DNA of 64,000 nucleotides from Eledone cirrhosa. Its lineage: Eukaryota. The translations under genes and the position numbers were made by a program. This document shows positions 12,001 to 24,000 of the stretch, in pieces (positions within the stretch are counted from its first letter, which is position 1; the number at the start of each line of letters is the position of its first letter). The stretch is taken from NCBI GenBank assembly GCA_964016885.1, contig OZ024741.1, forward strand, positions 289,912,001 to 289,976,000. The letters run 5' to 3'. Under the pieces are notes generated by a model that did no database searches, was not told the origin of the DNA, and was given only the letters and a program-made list of their open reading frames with translations.

Positions 12001-15000
12001 TAGTGTAGTGTATCTGGTGTTGTCTGTGTAGTGTAGCGTGTCTGGTGTTGTCTGTGTAGTGTAGTGTGTCTGGTATTGTCTGTGTTGTGTAGTGTTACTG
12101 GTATTGTCTGTGTAGTGTAGCGTGTCTGGTGTTGTCTGTGTAGTGTAGTGTGGTGTTGTCTGTGTAGTGTGTCTGGTTTTGTCTGTGTAGTGTAGTGTGT
12201 CTGTTGTTGTCTGTGTAGTGTAGTGTGTCTGTTGTGGTCTTTGTAGTATAGTGTGTCTGGTGTTGTCTGTGTAGTGTAGTGTGTCTGTTGTGCTCTGTGT
12301 AGTGTAGTCTGTCTGGTGTTGTCTGTGTAGTGTAGTGTGTCTGGTGTTGTCTGTGCAGTGTAGTATGGTGTTGTCTGTGTAGTGTAATGTGTCTGGTGTT
12401 GTCTGTGTAGTGTAGTGTATCTGGTGTTGTCTGTGTAGTGTAGTGTGTCTGGTGTTGTTTGTGTAGTGTAGTGTGTCTGGTGTTGTCTGTGTAGTGTAGA
12501 ATGTCTGGTGTTGTCTATGTAGTGTAGTGTGTCTGCTATTGTCTGTGTAGTGTAGTGTGTCTGTTGTGGTCTGTGTAGTGTAGTGTGTGCGTGGTGTTGT
12601 CTGTGTAGTGTAGTGTATCTGGTGTTGTCTGTGTAGTGTAGTGTGTCTGGTGTTGTCTGTGTAGTGTAGTGTGTCTGGTATTGTCTGTGTAATGTAGTGT
12701 GTCTGGTGTTGTCTGTGTAGTGTAGTGTGTCTGGTATTGTCTGTGTAGTGTAGTGTGTCTGGTATATCTATGTAGTGTATGGTGTCTGGTATTGTCTGTG
12801 TAGTGTAGTGTGTCTGGTATTGTCTGTGTAGTGTAGTGTCTATTGTGGTCTGTATAGTGTGTGTGTGATATTGTCTGTGTAATTTAGTGTGTCTGGTATT
12901 GTCTGTGTAGTGTAGTGTGTCTGGTGTTGTCTGTGTAGTGTAGTGTGTCTGGTGTTGTCTGTGTAGTGTAGATTGTCTGGTGTTGTCTGTGTAGTGTACT
13001 GTGTCTGGTATTGTCTGTGTAGTGTAGTGTGTCTGGTGTTGTCTGTGCAGTGTAGTATGGTGCTGTCTGTGTAGTGTAGTGTGCCTGGTGTTGTCTGTGT
13101 AGTGTAGTGTATCTGGTGTTGTCTGTGTAGTGTAGTGTGTCTGGTGTTGTCTGTGTAGTGTAGTGTGTCTGGTATTGTCTGTGTAGTGTAGTGTGTCTGG
13201 TGTTGTCTGCGTAGTGTAGTGTGTCTGGTGTTGTCTGTGTAGTGTAGTGTGTCTGGTATTGTCTGTGAAGTATAATGTGTCTGGTATTGTCTGTGTAGTG
13301 TAGTGTCTATTGTGGTCAGTATAGTGTAGTGGGTGTGTGATATTGTCTGTGTAGTGTAGTGTGTCTGGTATTGTCTGTGTAGTGTAGTGTGTCTGGTGTT
13401 GTCTGTGTAGTGTGTCTGGTGTTGTCTGTGTAGTGTAGTGTGTCTGGTGATGTCTGTGTAGTGTAGTGTGTCTGGTGTTGTCTGTGTAGTGTATTGTGTC
13501 TGGTGTTGTCTGTGTAGTGTAGTGTATCTGGTGTTGCCTGTGTAGTGAGTCTGGTGTTGTCTGTGTAGTGTAGTGTGTCTGGTGTTGTCTATGTAGTGTA
13601 GTGTGTCTGGTGTTGTCTGTGTAGTGTAGTGTGTCTGGCGTTGTCTGTGTAGTGTAGTGTATCTGGTGTTGTCTGTGTAGTGTAGTGTATCTGGTGTTGA
13701 CTGTGTAGTGTGTCTGGTGTTGTCTGTGTAGTGTACTGTGTCTGGTGTTGTCTGTGTAGTGTAGTGTGTCTAGTATTGTCTGTGTAGTGTAGTGTTTCTT
13801 TTGTGGTCTGTGTAGTGTAGTGTCTGGTGTTGTCTGTGTAGTGTAGTGTGTCTGGTGTTGTCTGTGTAGTGTAATGTATCTGGTGTTGTTTGTGTAGTTT
13901 AGTATGTCTGGTGTTATCTGTGTAGTGTAGTGTGTCTGGTGTTGCCTATGTAGTGTAGTGTGTCTGGTATTGTCTGTGTAGTGTAGTGTGTCTGTTGTGG
14001 TCTGTGTAGTGTAGTGTGTGTGTGGTGTTGTCTGTGTAGTGTAGTGTGTCTGGTATTGTCTGTGTCGTGTAGTATGTCTGGTATTGCCTGTGTAGTGTAG
14101 TGTGTCTGGCGTTGTTTGTGTAGTGTAGTGTGTCTGTTGGGGTCTGTGTAGTATAGTGTGTCTGGTGCTGTCTGTGTAGTGTAGTGTGTCTGTTGTGCTC
14201 TGTGTAGTGTAGTCTGTCTGGTGTTGTCTGTGTAGTGTAGTGTGTCTGGTGTTGTCTTTGTAGTGTAGTGTGTCTGGTATTGTCTGTGTAGTGTAGTGTG
14301 TCTGGTATTGTCTGTGTAGTATAGTGTGTCTGTTGTTTTCTGTGTAGTGTAGTGTGCCTGTTGTTTTCTGTGTAGTGTAGTGTGTCTGGTGTTGTCTGTG
14401 TAGTGTAGTGTGTGTGTGATATTGTCTATGTAGTGTAGTGTGTCTGGTATTGTCTGTGTAGTGTGTCTGGTGTTGTCTGTGTAGTGTAATGTGTCTGGTG
14501 TTGTCTGTGTAGTGTAGTGTGTCTGGTATTGTCTTTGTAGTATAGTGTGTCTGTTGTTTTCTGTGTAGTGTAGTGTGCCTGTTGTTTTCTGTGTAGTGTA
14601 GTGTGTCTGGTGTTGTCTGTGTAGTGTAGATTGTCTGGTGTTGTCTGTGTAGTGTACCGTGTCTGGTATTGTCTGTGTAGTGTAGTGTGTCTGGTGTTGT
14701 CTGTGCAGTGTAGTATGGTGTTGTCTGTGTAGTGTAGTGTGTCTGGTGTTGTCTGTGTAGTGTAGTGTATCTGGTGTTGTCTGTGTAGTGTAGTGTGTCT
14801 GGTGTTGTCTGTGTAGTGTAGTGTGTCTGGTGTTGTCTATGTAGTGTAGTGTGTCTGCTATTGTCTGTGTAGTGTAGTGTGTCTGTTGTGGTCTGTGTAG
14901 TGTAGTGTGTGTGTGGTGTTGTCTGTGTAGTGTAGTGTATCTGGTGTTGTCTGTGTAGTGTAGTGTGACTGGTGTTGTCTGTGTAGTGTAGTGTGTCTGG

Positions 15001-18000
15001 TATTTTCTGTGTAGTGTAGTGTGTCTAGTGTAGTGTTTCTGGTGTTGTCTGTGTAGTGTAGTGTGTCTGGTATTGTCTGTTAGTGTAGTATGTCTGGTGT
15101 TATCTGTGTAGTGTAGTGTATCTGGTGTTGTCTGTGTAGTGTAGTGTGTCTGGTGTTGTCTGTGTAGTGTAGTGTGTCTGGTGTTGTCTATGTAGTGTAG
15201 TGTGTCTGCTATTGTCTGTGTAGTGTAGTGTGTCTGTTGTGGTCTGTGTAGTGTAGTGTGTGTGTGGTGTTGTCTGTGTAGTGTAGTGTATCTGGTGTTG
15301 TCTGTGTAGTGTAGTGTGACTGGTGTTGTCTGTGTAGTGTAGTGTGTCTGGTATTGTCTGTTAGTGTAGTGTGTCTGGTGTTGTCTGTGTAGTGTAGTGT
15401 GTCTGGTATTGTCTGTGTAGTGTAGTGTGTCTGGTATTGTCTGTGTAGTGTAGTGTGTCTGGTGTTGTCTGTGTAGTGTAGTGTGTCTGGTGTTGTCTGT
15501 GTAGTGTAGTGTGTCTGGTGTTGTCTGTGTAGTGTAGATTGTCTGGTGTTGTCTGTGTAGTGTACTGTGTCTGGTATTGTCTGTTAGTGTAGTGTGTCTG
15601 GTGTTGTCTGTGTAGTGTAGTGTGTCTGGTGTTGTCTGTGTAGTGTACTGTGTCTGGTGTTGTCTGTGTAGTGTAGTGTGTCTGGTATTGTCTGTGTAGT
15701 GTAGTGTGTCTGGTATATCTGTGTAGTGTAGTGTGTCTGGTATTGTCTGTGTAGTGTAGTGTGTCTGGTATTGTCTGTGTAGTGTAGTGTGTCTGGTGTT
15801 GTCTGTGTAGTGTAGTGTGTCTGGTGTTGTCTGTGTAGTGTAGATTGTCTGGTGTTGTCTGTGTAGTGTACTGTGTCTGGTATTGTCTGTGTAGTGTAGT
15901 GTGTCTGGTGTTGTCTGTGCAGTGTAGTATGGTGTTGTCTGTGTAGTGTAGTGTTTCTGGTGTTGTCTGTGTAGTGTAGCGTATCTGGTGTTGTTTGTGT
16001 AGTGTAGTGTGTCTGGTGTTGTCTGTGTAGTGTAGTGTGTCTGGTATTGTCTGTGTAGTGTAGTGTGTCTGGTGTTGTCTGCGTAGTGTAGTGTGTCGGG
16101 TGTTGTCTGTGTAGTGTAGTGTGTCTGTGTAGTGTAGTGTGTCTGCTATTGTCTGTGTAGTGTAGTGTCTATTGTGGTCTGTATAGTGTAGTGTGTGTGT
16201 TGATATTGTCTGTGTAGTGTAGTGTGTCTGGTATTGTCTGTGTAGTGTAGTGTGTCTGGTGTTGTCTGTGTAGTGTAGTGTGTCTGGTGTTGTCTGTGTA
16301 GTGTAGATTGTCTGGTGTTGCCTGTCTTGTGTAGTGTTTCTGGTGTTCTCTGTGTTCTGTAGTGTGTCTGGTGCTGTCTGTGTAGTGTAGTGTGTCTGGT
16401 GTTGTCTGTGTAGTGTAGTGTATCTGGTGTTGCCTGTGTAGTGAGTCTGGTGTTGTCTGTGTAGTGTAGTGTGTCTGGTGTTGTCTATGTAGTGTAGTGT
16501 GTCTGGTGTTGTCTGTGTAGTGTAGTGTGTCTGGCGTTGTCTGTGTAGTGTAGTGTATCTGGTGTTGTCTGTGTAGTGTAGTGTATCTGGTGTTGCCTGT
16601 GTAGTGTGTCTGGTGTTGTCTGTGTAGTGTACTGTGTCTGGTGTTGTCTGTGTAGTGTAGTGTGTCTAGTATTGTCTGTGTAGTGTAGTGTTTCTTTTGT
16701 GGTCTGTGTAGTGTAGTGTCTGGTGTTGTCTGTGTAGTGTAGTGTGTCTGGTGTTGTCTGTGTAGTGTAATGTATCTGGTGTTGTTTGTGTAGTTTAGTA
16801 TGTCTGGTGTTATCTGTGTAGTGTAGTGTGTCTGGTGTTGCCTATGTAGTGTAGTGTGTCTGGTATTGTCTGTGTAGTGTAGTGTGTCTGTTGTGGTCTG
16901 TGTAGTGTAGTGTGTGTGTGGTGTTGTCTGTGTAGTGTAGTGTGTCTGGTATTGTCTGTGTCGTGTAGTATGTCTGGTATTGCCTGTGTAGTGTAGTGTG
17001 TCTGGCGTTGTTTGTGTAGTGTAGTGTGTCTGTTGTGGTCTGTGTAGTATAGTGTGTCTGGTGTTGTCTGTGTAGTGTAGTGTGTCTGTTGTGCTCTGTG
17101 TAGTGTAGTCTGCCTGGTGTTGTCTGTGTAGTGTAGTGTGTCTGGTGTTGTCTTTGTAGTGTAGTGTGTCTGGTATTGTCTGTGTAGTGTAGTGTGTCTG
17201 GTATTGTCTGTGTAGTGTAGTGTCTATTGTGGTCTGTATAGTGTAGTGTGTGTGTGATATTGTCTATGTAGTGTAGTGTGTCTGGTATTGTCTGTGTAGT
17301 GTGTCTGGTGTTGTCTGTGTAGTGTAATGTGTCTGGTGTTGTCTGTGTAGTGTAGTGTGTCTGGTATTGTCTGTGTAGTATAGTGTGTCTGTTGTTTTCT
17401 GTGTAGTGTAGTGTGCCTGTTGTTTTCTGTGTAGTGTAGTGTGTCTGGTGTTGTCTGTGTAGTGTAGATTGTCTGGTGTTGTCTGTGTAGTGTACCGTGT
17501 CTGGTATTGTCTGTGTAGTGTAGTGTGTCTGGTGTTGTCTGTGCAGTGTAGTATGGTGTTGTCTGTGTAGTGTAGTGTGTCTGGTGTTGTCTGTGTAGTG
17601 TAGTGTATCTGGTGTTGTCTGTGTAGTGTAGTGTGTCTGGTGTTGTCTGTGTAGTGTAGTGTGTCTGGTGTTGTCTATGTAGTGTAGTGTGTCTGCTATT
17701 GTCTGTGTAGTGTAGTGTGTCTGTTGTGGTCTGTGTAGTGTAGTGTGTGTGTGGTGTTGTCTGTGTAGTGTAGTGTATCTGGTGTTGTCTGTGTAGTGTA
17801 GTTTGACTGTTGTTGTCTGTGTAGTGTAGTGTGTCTGGTATATTCTGTGTAGTGTAGTGTGTCTAGTGTAGTGTTTCTGGTGTTGTCTGTGTAGTGTAGT
17901 GTAGTGTGTCTGGTATTGTCTGTTAGTGTAGTGTGTCTGGTGTTGTCTGTGTAGTGTAGTGTATCTGGTGTTGTCTGTGTAGTGTAGTGTGTCTGGTGTT

Positions 18001-21000
18001 GTCTGTGTAGTGTAGTGTGTCTGGTGTTGTCTATGTAGTGTAGTGTGTCTGCTATTGTCTGTGTAGTGTAGTGTGTCTGTTGTGGTCTGTGTAGTGTAGT
18101 GTGTGTGTGGTGTTGTCTGTGTAGTGTAGTGTATCTGGTGTTGTCTGTGTAGTGTAGTGTGACTGGTGTTGTCTGTGTAGTGTAGTGTGTCTGGTATTTT
18201 CTGTGTAGTGTAGTGTGTCTAGTGTAGTGTTTCTGGTGTTGTCTGTGTAGTGTAGTGTGTCTGGTATTGTCTGTTAGTGTAGTGTGTCTGGTGTTGTCTG
18301 TGTAGTGTAGTGTGTCTGGTGTTGTCTGTGTAGTGTACTGTGTCTGGTGTTGTCTGTGTAGTGTAGTGTGTCTGGTATTGTCTGTGTAGTGTAGTGTGTC
18401 TGGTATATCTGTGTAGTGTAGTGTGTCTGGTATTGTCTGTGTAGTGTAGTGTGTCTGGTATTGTCTGTGTAGTGTAGTGTGTCTGGTGTTGTCTGTGTAG
18501 TGTAGTGTGTCTGGTGTTGTCTGTGTAGTGTAGATTGTCTGGTGTTGTCTGTGTAGTGTACTGTGTCTGGTATTGTCTGTGTAGTGTAGTGTGTCTGGTG
18601 TTGTCTGTGCAGTGTAGTATGGTGTTGTCTGTGTAGTGTAGTGTTTCTGGTGTTGTCTGTGTAGTGTAGCGTATCTGGTGTTGTTTGTGTAGTGTAGTCT
18701 GTCTGGTGTTGTCTGTGTAGTGTAGTGTGTCTGGTATTGTCTGTGTAGTGTAGTGTGTCTGGTGTTGTCTGCGTAGTGTAGTGTGTCGGGTGTTGTCTGT
18801 GTAGTGTAGTGTGTCTGTGTAGTGTAGTGTGTCTGGTATTGTCTGTGTAGTGTAGTGTCTATTGTGGTCTGTATAGTGTAGTGTGTGTGTTGATATTGTC
18901 TGTGTAGTGTAGTGTGTCTGGTATTGTCTGTGTAGTGTAGTGTGTCTGGTGTTGTCTGTGTAGTGTAGTGTGTCTGGTGTTGTCTGTGTAGTGTAGATTG
19001 TCTGGTGTTGCCTGTCTTGTGTAGTGTTTCTGGTGTTCTCTGTGTTCTGTAGTGTGTCTGGTGCTGTCTGTGTAGTGTAGTGTGTCTGGTGTTGTCTGTG
19101 TAGTGTAGTGTATCTGGTGTTGCCTGTGTAGTGAGTCTGGTGTTGTCTGTGTAGTGTAGTGTGTCTGGTGTTGTCTATGTAGTGTAGTGTGTCTGGTGTT
19201 GTCTGTGTAGTGTAGTGTGTCTGGCGTTGTCTGTGTAGTGTAGTGTATCTGGTGTTGTCTGTGTAGTGTAGTGTATCTGGTGTTGCCTGTGTAGTGTGTC
19301 TGGTGTTGTCTGTGTAGTGTACTGTGTCTGGTGTTGTCTGTGTAGTGTAGTGTGTCTAGTATTGTCTGTGTAGTGTAGTGTTTCTTTTGTGGTCTGTGTA
19401 GTGTAGTGTCTGGTGTTGTCTGTGTAGTGTAGTGTGTCTGGTGTTGTCTGTGTAGTGTAATGTATCTGGTGTTGTTTGTGTAGTTTAGTATGTCTGGTGT
19501 TATCTGTGTAGTGTAGTGTGTCTGGTGTTGCCTATGTAGTGTAGTGTGTCTGGTATTGTCTGTGTAGTGTAGTGTGTCTGTTGTGGTCTGTGTAGTGTAG
19601 TGTGTGTGTGGTGTTGTCTGTGTAGTGTAGTGTGTCTGGTATTGTCTGTGTCGTGTAGTATGTCTGGTATTGCCTGTGTAGTGTAGTGTGTCTGGCGTTG
19701 TTTGTGTAGTGTAGTGTGTCTGTTGTGGTCTGTGTAGTATAGTGTGTCTGGTGTTGTCTGTGTAGTGTAGTGTGTCTGTTGTGCTCTGTGTAGTGTAGTC
19801 TGTCTGGTGTTGTCTGTGTAGTGTAGTGTGTCTGGTGTTGTCTTTGTAGTGTAGTGTGTCTGGTATTGTCTGTGTAGTGTAGTGTGTCTGGTATTGTCTG
19901 TGTAGTGTAGTGTCTATTGTGGTCTGTATAGTGTAGTGTGTGTGTGATATTGTCTATGTAGTGTAGTGTGTCTGGTATTGTCTGTGTAGTGTGTCTGGTG
20001 TTGTCTGTGTAGTGTAATGTGTCTGGTGTTGTCTGTGTAGTGTAGTGTGTCTGGTATTGTCTGTGTAGTATAGTGTGTCTGTTGTTTTCTGTGTAGTGTA
20101 GTGTGCCTGTTGTTTTCTGTGTAGTGTAGTGTGTCTGGTGTTGTCTGTGTAGTGTAGATTGTCTGGTGTTGTCTGTGTAGTGTACCGTGTCTGGTATTGT
20201 CTGTGTAGTGTAGTGTGTCTGTTGTGGTCTGTGTAGTGTAGTGTGTGTGTGGTGTTGTCTGTGTAGTGTAGTGTATCTGGTGTTGTCTGTGTAGTGTAGT
20301 GTGACTGGTGTTGTCTGTGTAGTGTAGTGTGTCTGGTATTTTCTGTGTAGTGTAGTGTGTCTAGTGTAGTGTTTCTGGTGTTGTCTGTGTAGTGTAGTGT
20401 GTCTGGTATTGTCTGTTAGTGTAGTATGTCTGGTGTTATCTGTGTAGTGTAGTGTATCTGGTGTTGTCTGTGTAGTGTAGTGTGTCTGGTGTTGTCTGTG
20501 TAGTGTAGTGTGTCTGGTGTTGTCTATGTAGTGTAGTGTGTCTGCTATTGTCTGTGTAGTGTAGTGTGTCTGTTGTGGTCTGTGTAGTGTAGTGTGTGTG
20601 TGGTGTTGTCTGTGTAGTGTAGTGTATCTGGTGTTGTCTGTGTAGTGTAGTGTGACTGGTGTTGTCTGTGTAGTGTAGTGTGTCTGGTATTGTCTGTTAG
20701 TGTAGTGTGTCTGGTGTTGTCTGTGTAGTGTAGTGTGTCTGGTATTGTCTGTGTAGTGTAGTGTGTCTGGTATTGTCTGTGTAGTGTAGTGTGTCTGGTG
20801 TTGTCTGTGTAGTGTAGTGTGTCTGGTGTTGTCTGTGTAGTGTAGTGTGTCTGGTGTTGTCTGTGTAGTGTAGATTGTCTGGTGTTGTCTGTGTAGTGTA
20901 CTGTGTCTGGTATTGTCTGTTAGTGTAGTGTGTCTGGTGTTGTCTGTGTAGTGTAGTGTGTCTGGTGTTGTCTGTGTAGTGTACTGTGTCTGGTGTTGTC

Positions 21001-24000
21001 TGTGTAGTGTAGTGTGTCTGGTATTGTCTGTGTAGTGTAGTGTGTCTGGTATATCTGTGTAGTGTAGTGTGTCTGGTATTGTCTGTGTAGTGTAGTGTGT
21101 CTGGTATTGTCTGTGTAGTGTAGTGTGTCTGGTGTTGTCTGTGTAGTGTAGTGTGTCTGGTGTTGTCTGTGTAGTGTAGATTGTCTGGTGTTGTCTGTGT
21201 AGTGTACTGTGTCTGGTATTGTCTGTGTAGTGTAGTGTGTCTGGTGTTGTCTGTGCAGTGTAGTATGGTGTTGTCTGTGTAGTGTAGTGTTTCTGGTGTT
21301 GTCTGTGTAGTGTAGCGTATCTGGTGTTGTTTGTGTAGTGTAGTGTGTCTGGTGTTGTCTGTGTAGTGTAGTGTGTCTGGTATTGTCTGTGTAGTGTAGT
21401 GTGTCTGGTGTTGTCTGCGTAGTGTAGTGTGTCGGGTGTTGTCTGTGTAGTGTAGTGTGTCTGTGTAGTGTAGTGTGTCTGCTATTGTCTGTGTAGTGTA
21501 GTGTCTATTGTGGTCTGTATAGTGTAGTGTGTGTGTTGATATTGTCTGTGTAGTGTAGTGTGTCTGGTATTGTCTGTGTAGTGTAGTGTGTCTGGTGTTG
21601 TCTGTGTAGTGTAGTGTGTCTGGTGTTGTCTGTGTAGTGTAGATTGTCTGGTGTTGCCTGTCTTGTGTAGTGTTTCTGGTGTTCTCTGTGTTCTGTAGTG
21701 TGTCTGGTGCTGTCTGTGTAGTGTAGTGTGTCTGGTGTTGTCTGTGTAGTGTAGTGTATCTGGTGTTGCCTGTGTAGTGAGTCTGGTGTTGTCTGTGTAG
21801 TGTAGTGTGTCTGGTGTTGTCTATGTAGTGTAGTGTGTCTGGTGTTGTCTGTGTAGTGTAGTGTGTCAGGCGTTGTCTGTGTAGTGTAGTGTATCTGGTG
21901 TTGTCTGTGTAGTGTAGTGTATCTGGTGTTGCCTGTGTAGTGTGTCTGGTGTTGTCTGTGTAGTGTACTGTGTCTGGTGTTGTCTGTGTAGTGTAGTGTG
22001 TCTAGTATTGTCTGTGTAGTGTAGTGTTTCTTTTGTGGTCTGTGTAGTGTAGTGTCTGGTGTTGTCTGTGTAGTGTAGTGTGTCTGGTGTTGTCTGTGTA
22101 GTGTAATGTATCTGGTGTTGTTTGTGTAGTTTAGTATGTCTGGTGTTATCTGTGTAGTGTAGTGTGTCTGGTGTTGCCTATGTAGTGTAGTGTGTCTGGT
22201 ATTGTCTGTGTAGTGTAGTGTGTCTGTTGTGGTCTGTGTAGTGTAGTGTGTGTGTGGTGTTGTCTGTGTAGTGTAGTGTGTCTGGTATTGTCTGTGTCGT
22301 GTAGTATGTCTGGTATTGCCTGTGTAGTGTAGTGTGTCTGGCGTTGTTTGTGTAGTGTAGTGTGTCTGTTGTGGTCTGTGTAGTATAGTGTGTCTGGTGT
22401 TGTCTGTGTAGTGTAGTGTGTCTGTTGTGCTCTGTGTAGTGTAGTCTGTCTGGTGTTGTCTGTGTAGTGTAGTGTGTCTGGTGTTGTCTTTGTAGTGTAG
22501 TGTGTCTGGTATTGTCTGTGTAGTGTAGTGTGTCTGGTATTGTCTGTGTAGTGTAGTGTCTATTGTGGTCTGTATAGTGTAGTGTGTGTGTGATATTGTC
22601 TATGTAGTGTAGTGTGTCTGGTATTGTCTGTGTAGTGTGTCTGGTGTTGTCTGTGTAGTGTAATGTGTCTGGTGTTGTCTGTGTAGTGTAGTGTGTCTGG
22701 TATTGTCTGTGTAGTATAGTGTGTCTGTTGTTTTCTGTGTAGTGTAGTGTGCCTGTTGTTTTCTGTGTAGTGTAGTGTGTCTGGTGTTGTCTGTGTAGTG
22801 TAGATTGTCTGGTGTTGTCTGTGTAGTGTACCGTGTCTGGTATTGTCTGTGTAGTGTAGTGTGTCTGGTGTTGTCTGTGCAGTGTAGTATGGTGTTGTCT
22901 GTGTAGTGTAGTGTGTCTGGTGTTGTCTGTGTAGTGTAGTGTATCTGGTGTTGTCTGTGTAGTGTAGTGTGTCTGGTGTTGTCTGTGTAGTGTAGTGTGT
23001 CTGGTGTTGTCTATGTAGTGTAGTGTGTCTGCTATTGTCTGTGTAGTGTAGTGTGTCTGTTGTGGTCTGTGTAGTGTAGTGTGTGTGTGGTGTTGTCTGT
23101 GTAGTGTAGTGTATCTGGTGTTGTCTGTGTAGTGTAGTTTGACTGTTGTTGTCTGTGTAGTGTAGTGTGTCTGGTATATTCTGTGTAGTGTAGTGTGTCT
23201 AGTGTAGTGTTTCTGGTGTTGTCTGTGTAGTGTAGTGTAGTGTGTCTGGTATTGTCTGTTAGTGTAGTGTGTCTGGTGTTGTCTGTGTAGTGTAGTGTAT
23301 CTGGTGTTGTCTGTGTAGTGTAGTGTGTCTGGTGTTGTCTGTGTAGTGTAGTGTGTCTGGTGTTGTCTATGTAGTGTAGTGTGTCTGCTATTGTCTGTGT
23401 AGTGTAGTGTGTCTGTTGTGGTCTGTGTAGTGTAGTGTGTGTGTGGTGTTGTCTGTGTAGTGTAGTGTATCTGGTGTTGTCTGTGTAGTGTAGTGTGACT
23501 GGTGTTGTCTGTGTAGTGTAGTGTGTCTGGTATTTTCTGTGTAGTGTAGTGTGTCTAGTGTAGTGTTTCTGGTGTTGTCTGTGTAGTGTAGTGTGTCTGG
23601 TATTGTCTGTTAGTGTAGTGTGTCTGGTGTTGTCTGTGTAGTGTAGTGTGTCTGGTGTTGTCTGTGTAGTGTACTGTGTCTGGTGTTGTCTGTGTAGTGT
23701 AGTGTGTCTGGTATTGTCTGTGTAGTGTAGTGTGTCTGGTATATCTGTGTAGTGTAGTGTGTCTGGTATTGTCTGTGTAGTGTAGTGTGTCTGGTATTGT
23801 CTGTGTAGTGTAGTGTGTCTGGTGTTGTCTGTGTAGTGTAGTGTGTCTGGTGTTGTCTGTGTAGTGTAGATTGTCTGGTGTTGTCTGTGTAGTGTACTGT
23901 GTCTGGTATTGTCTGTGTAGTGTAGTGTGTCTGGTGTTGTCTGTGCAGTGTAGTATGGTGTTGTCTGTGTAGTGTAGTGTTTCTGGTGTTGTCTGTGTAG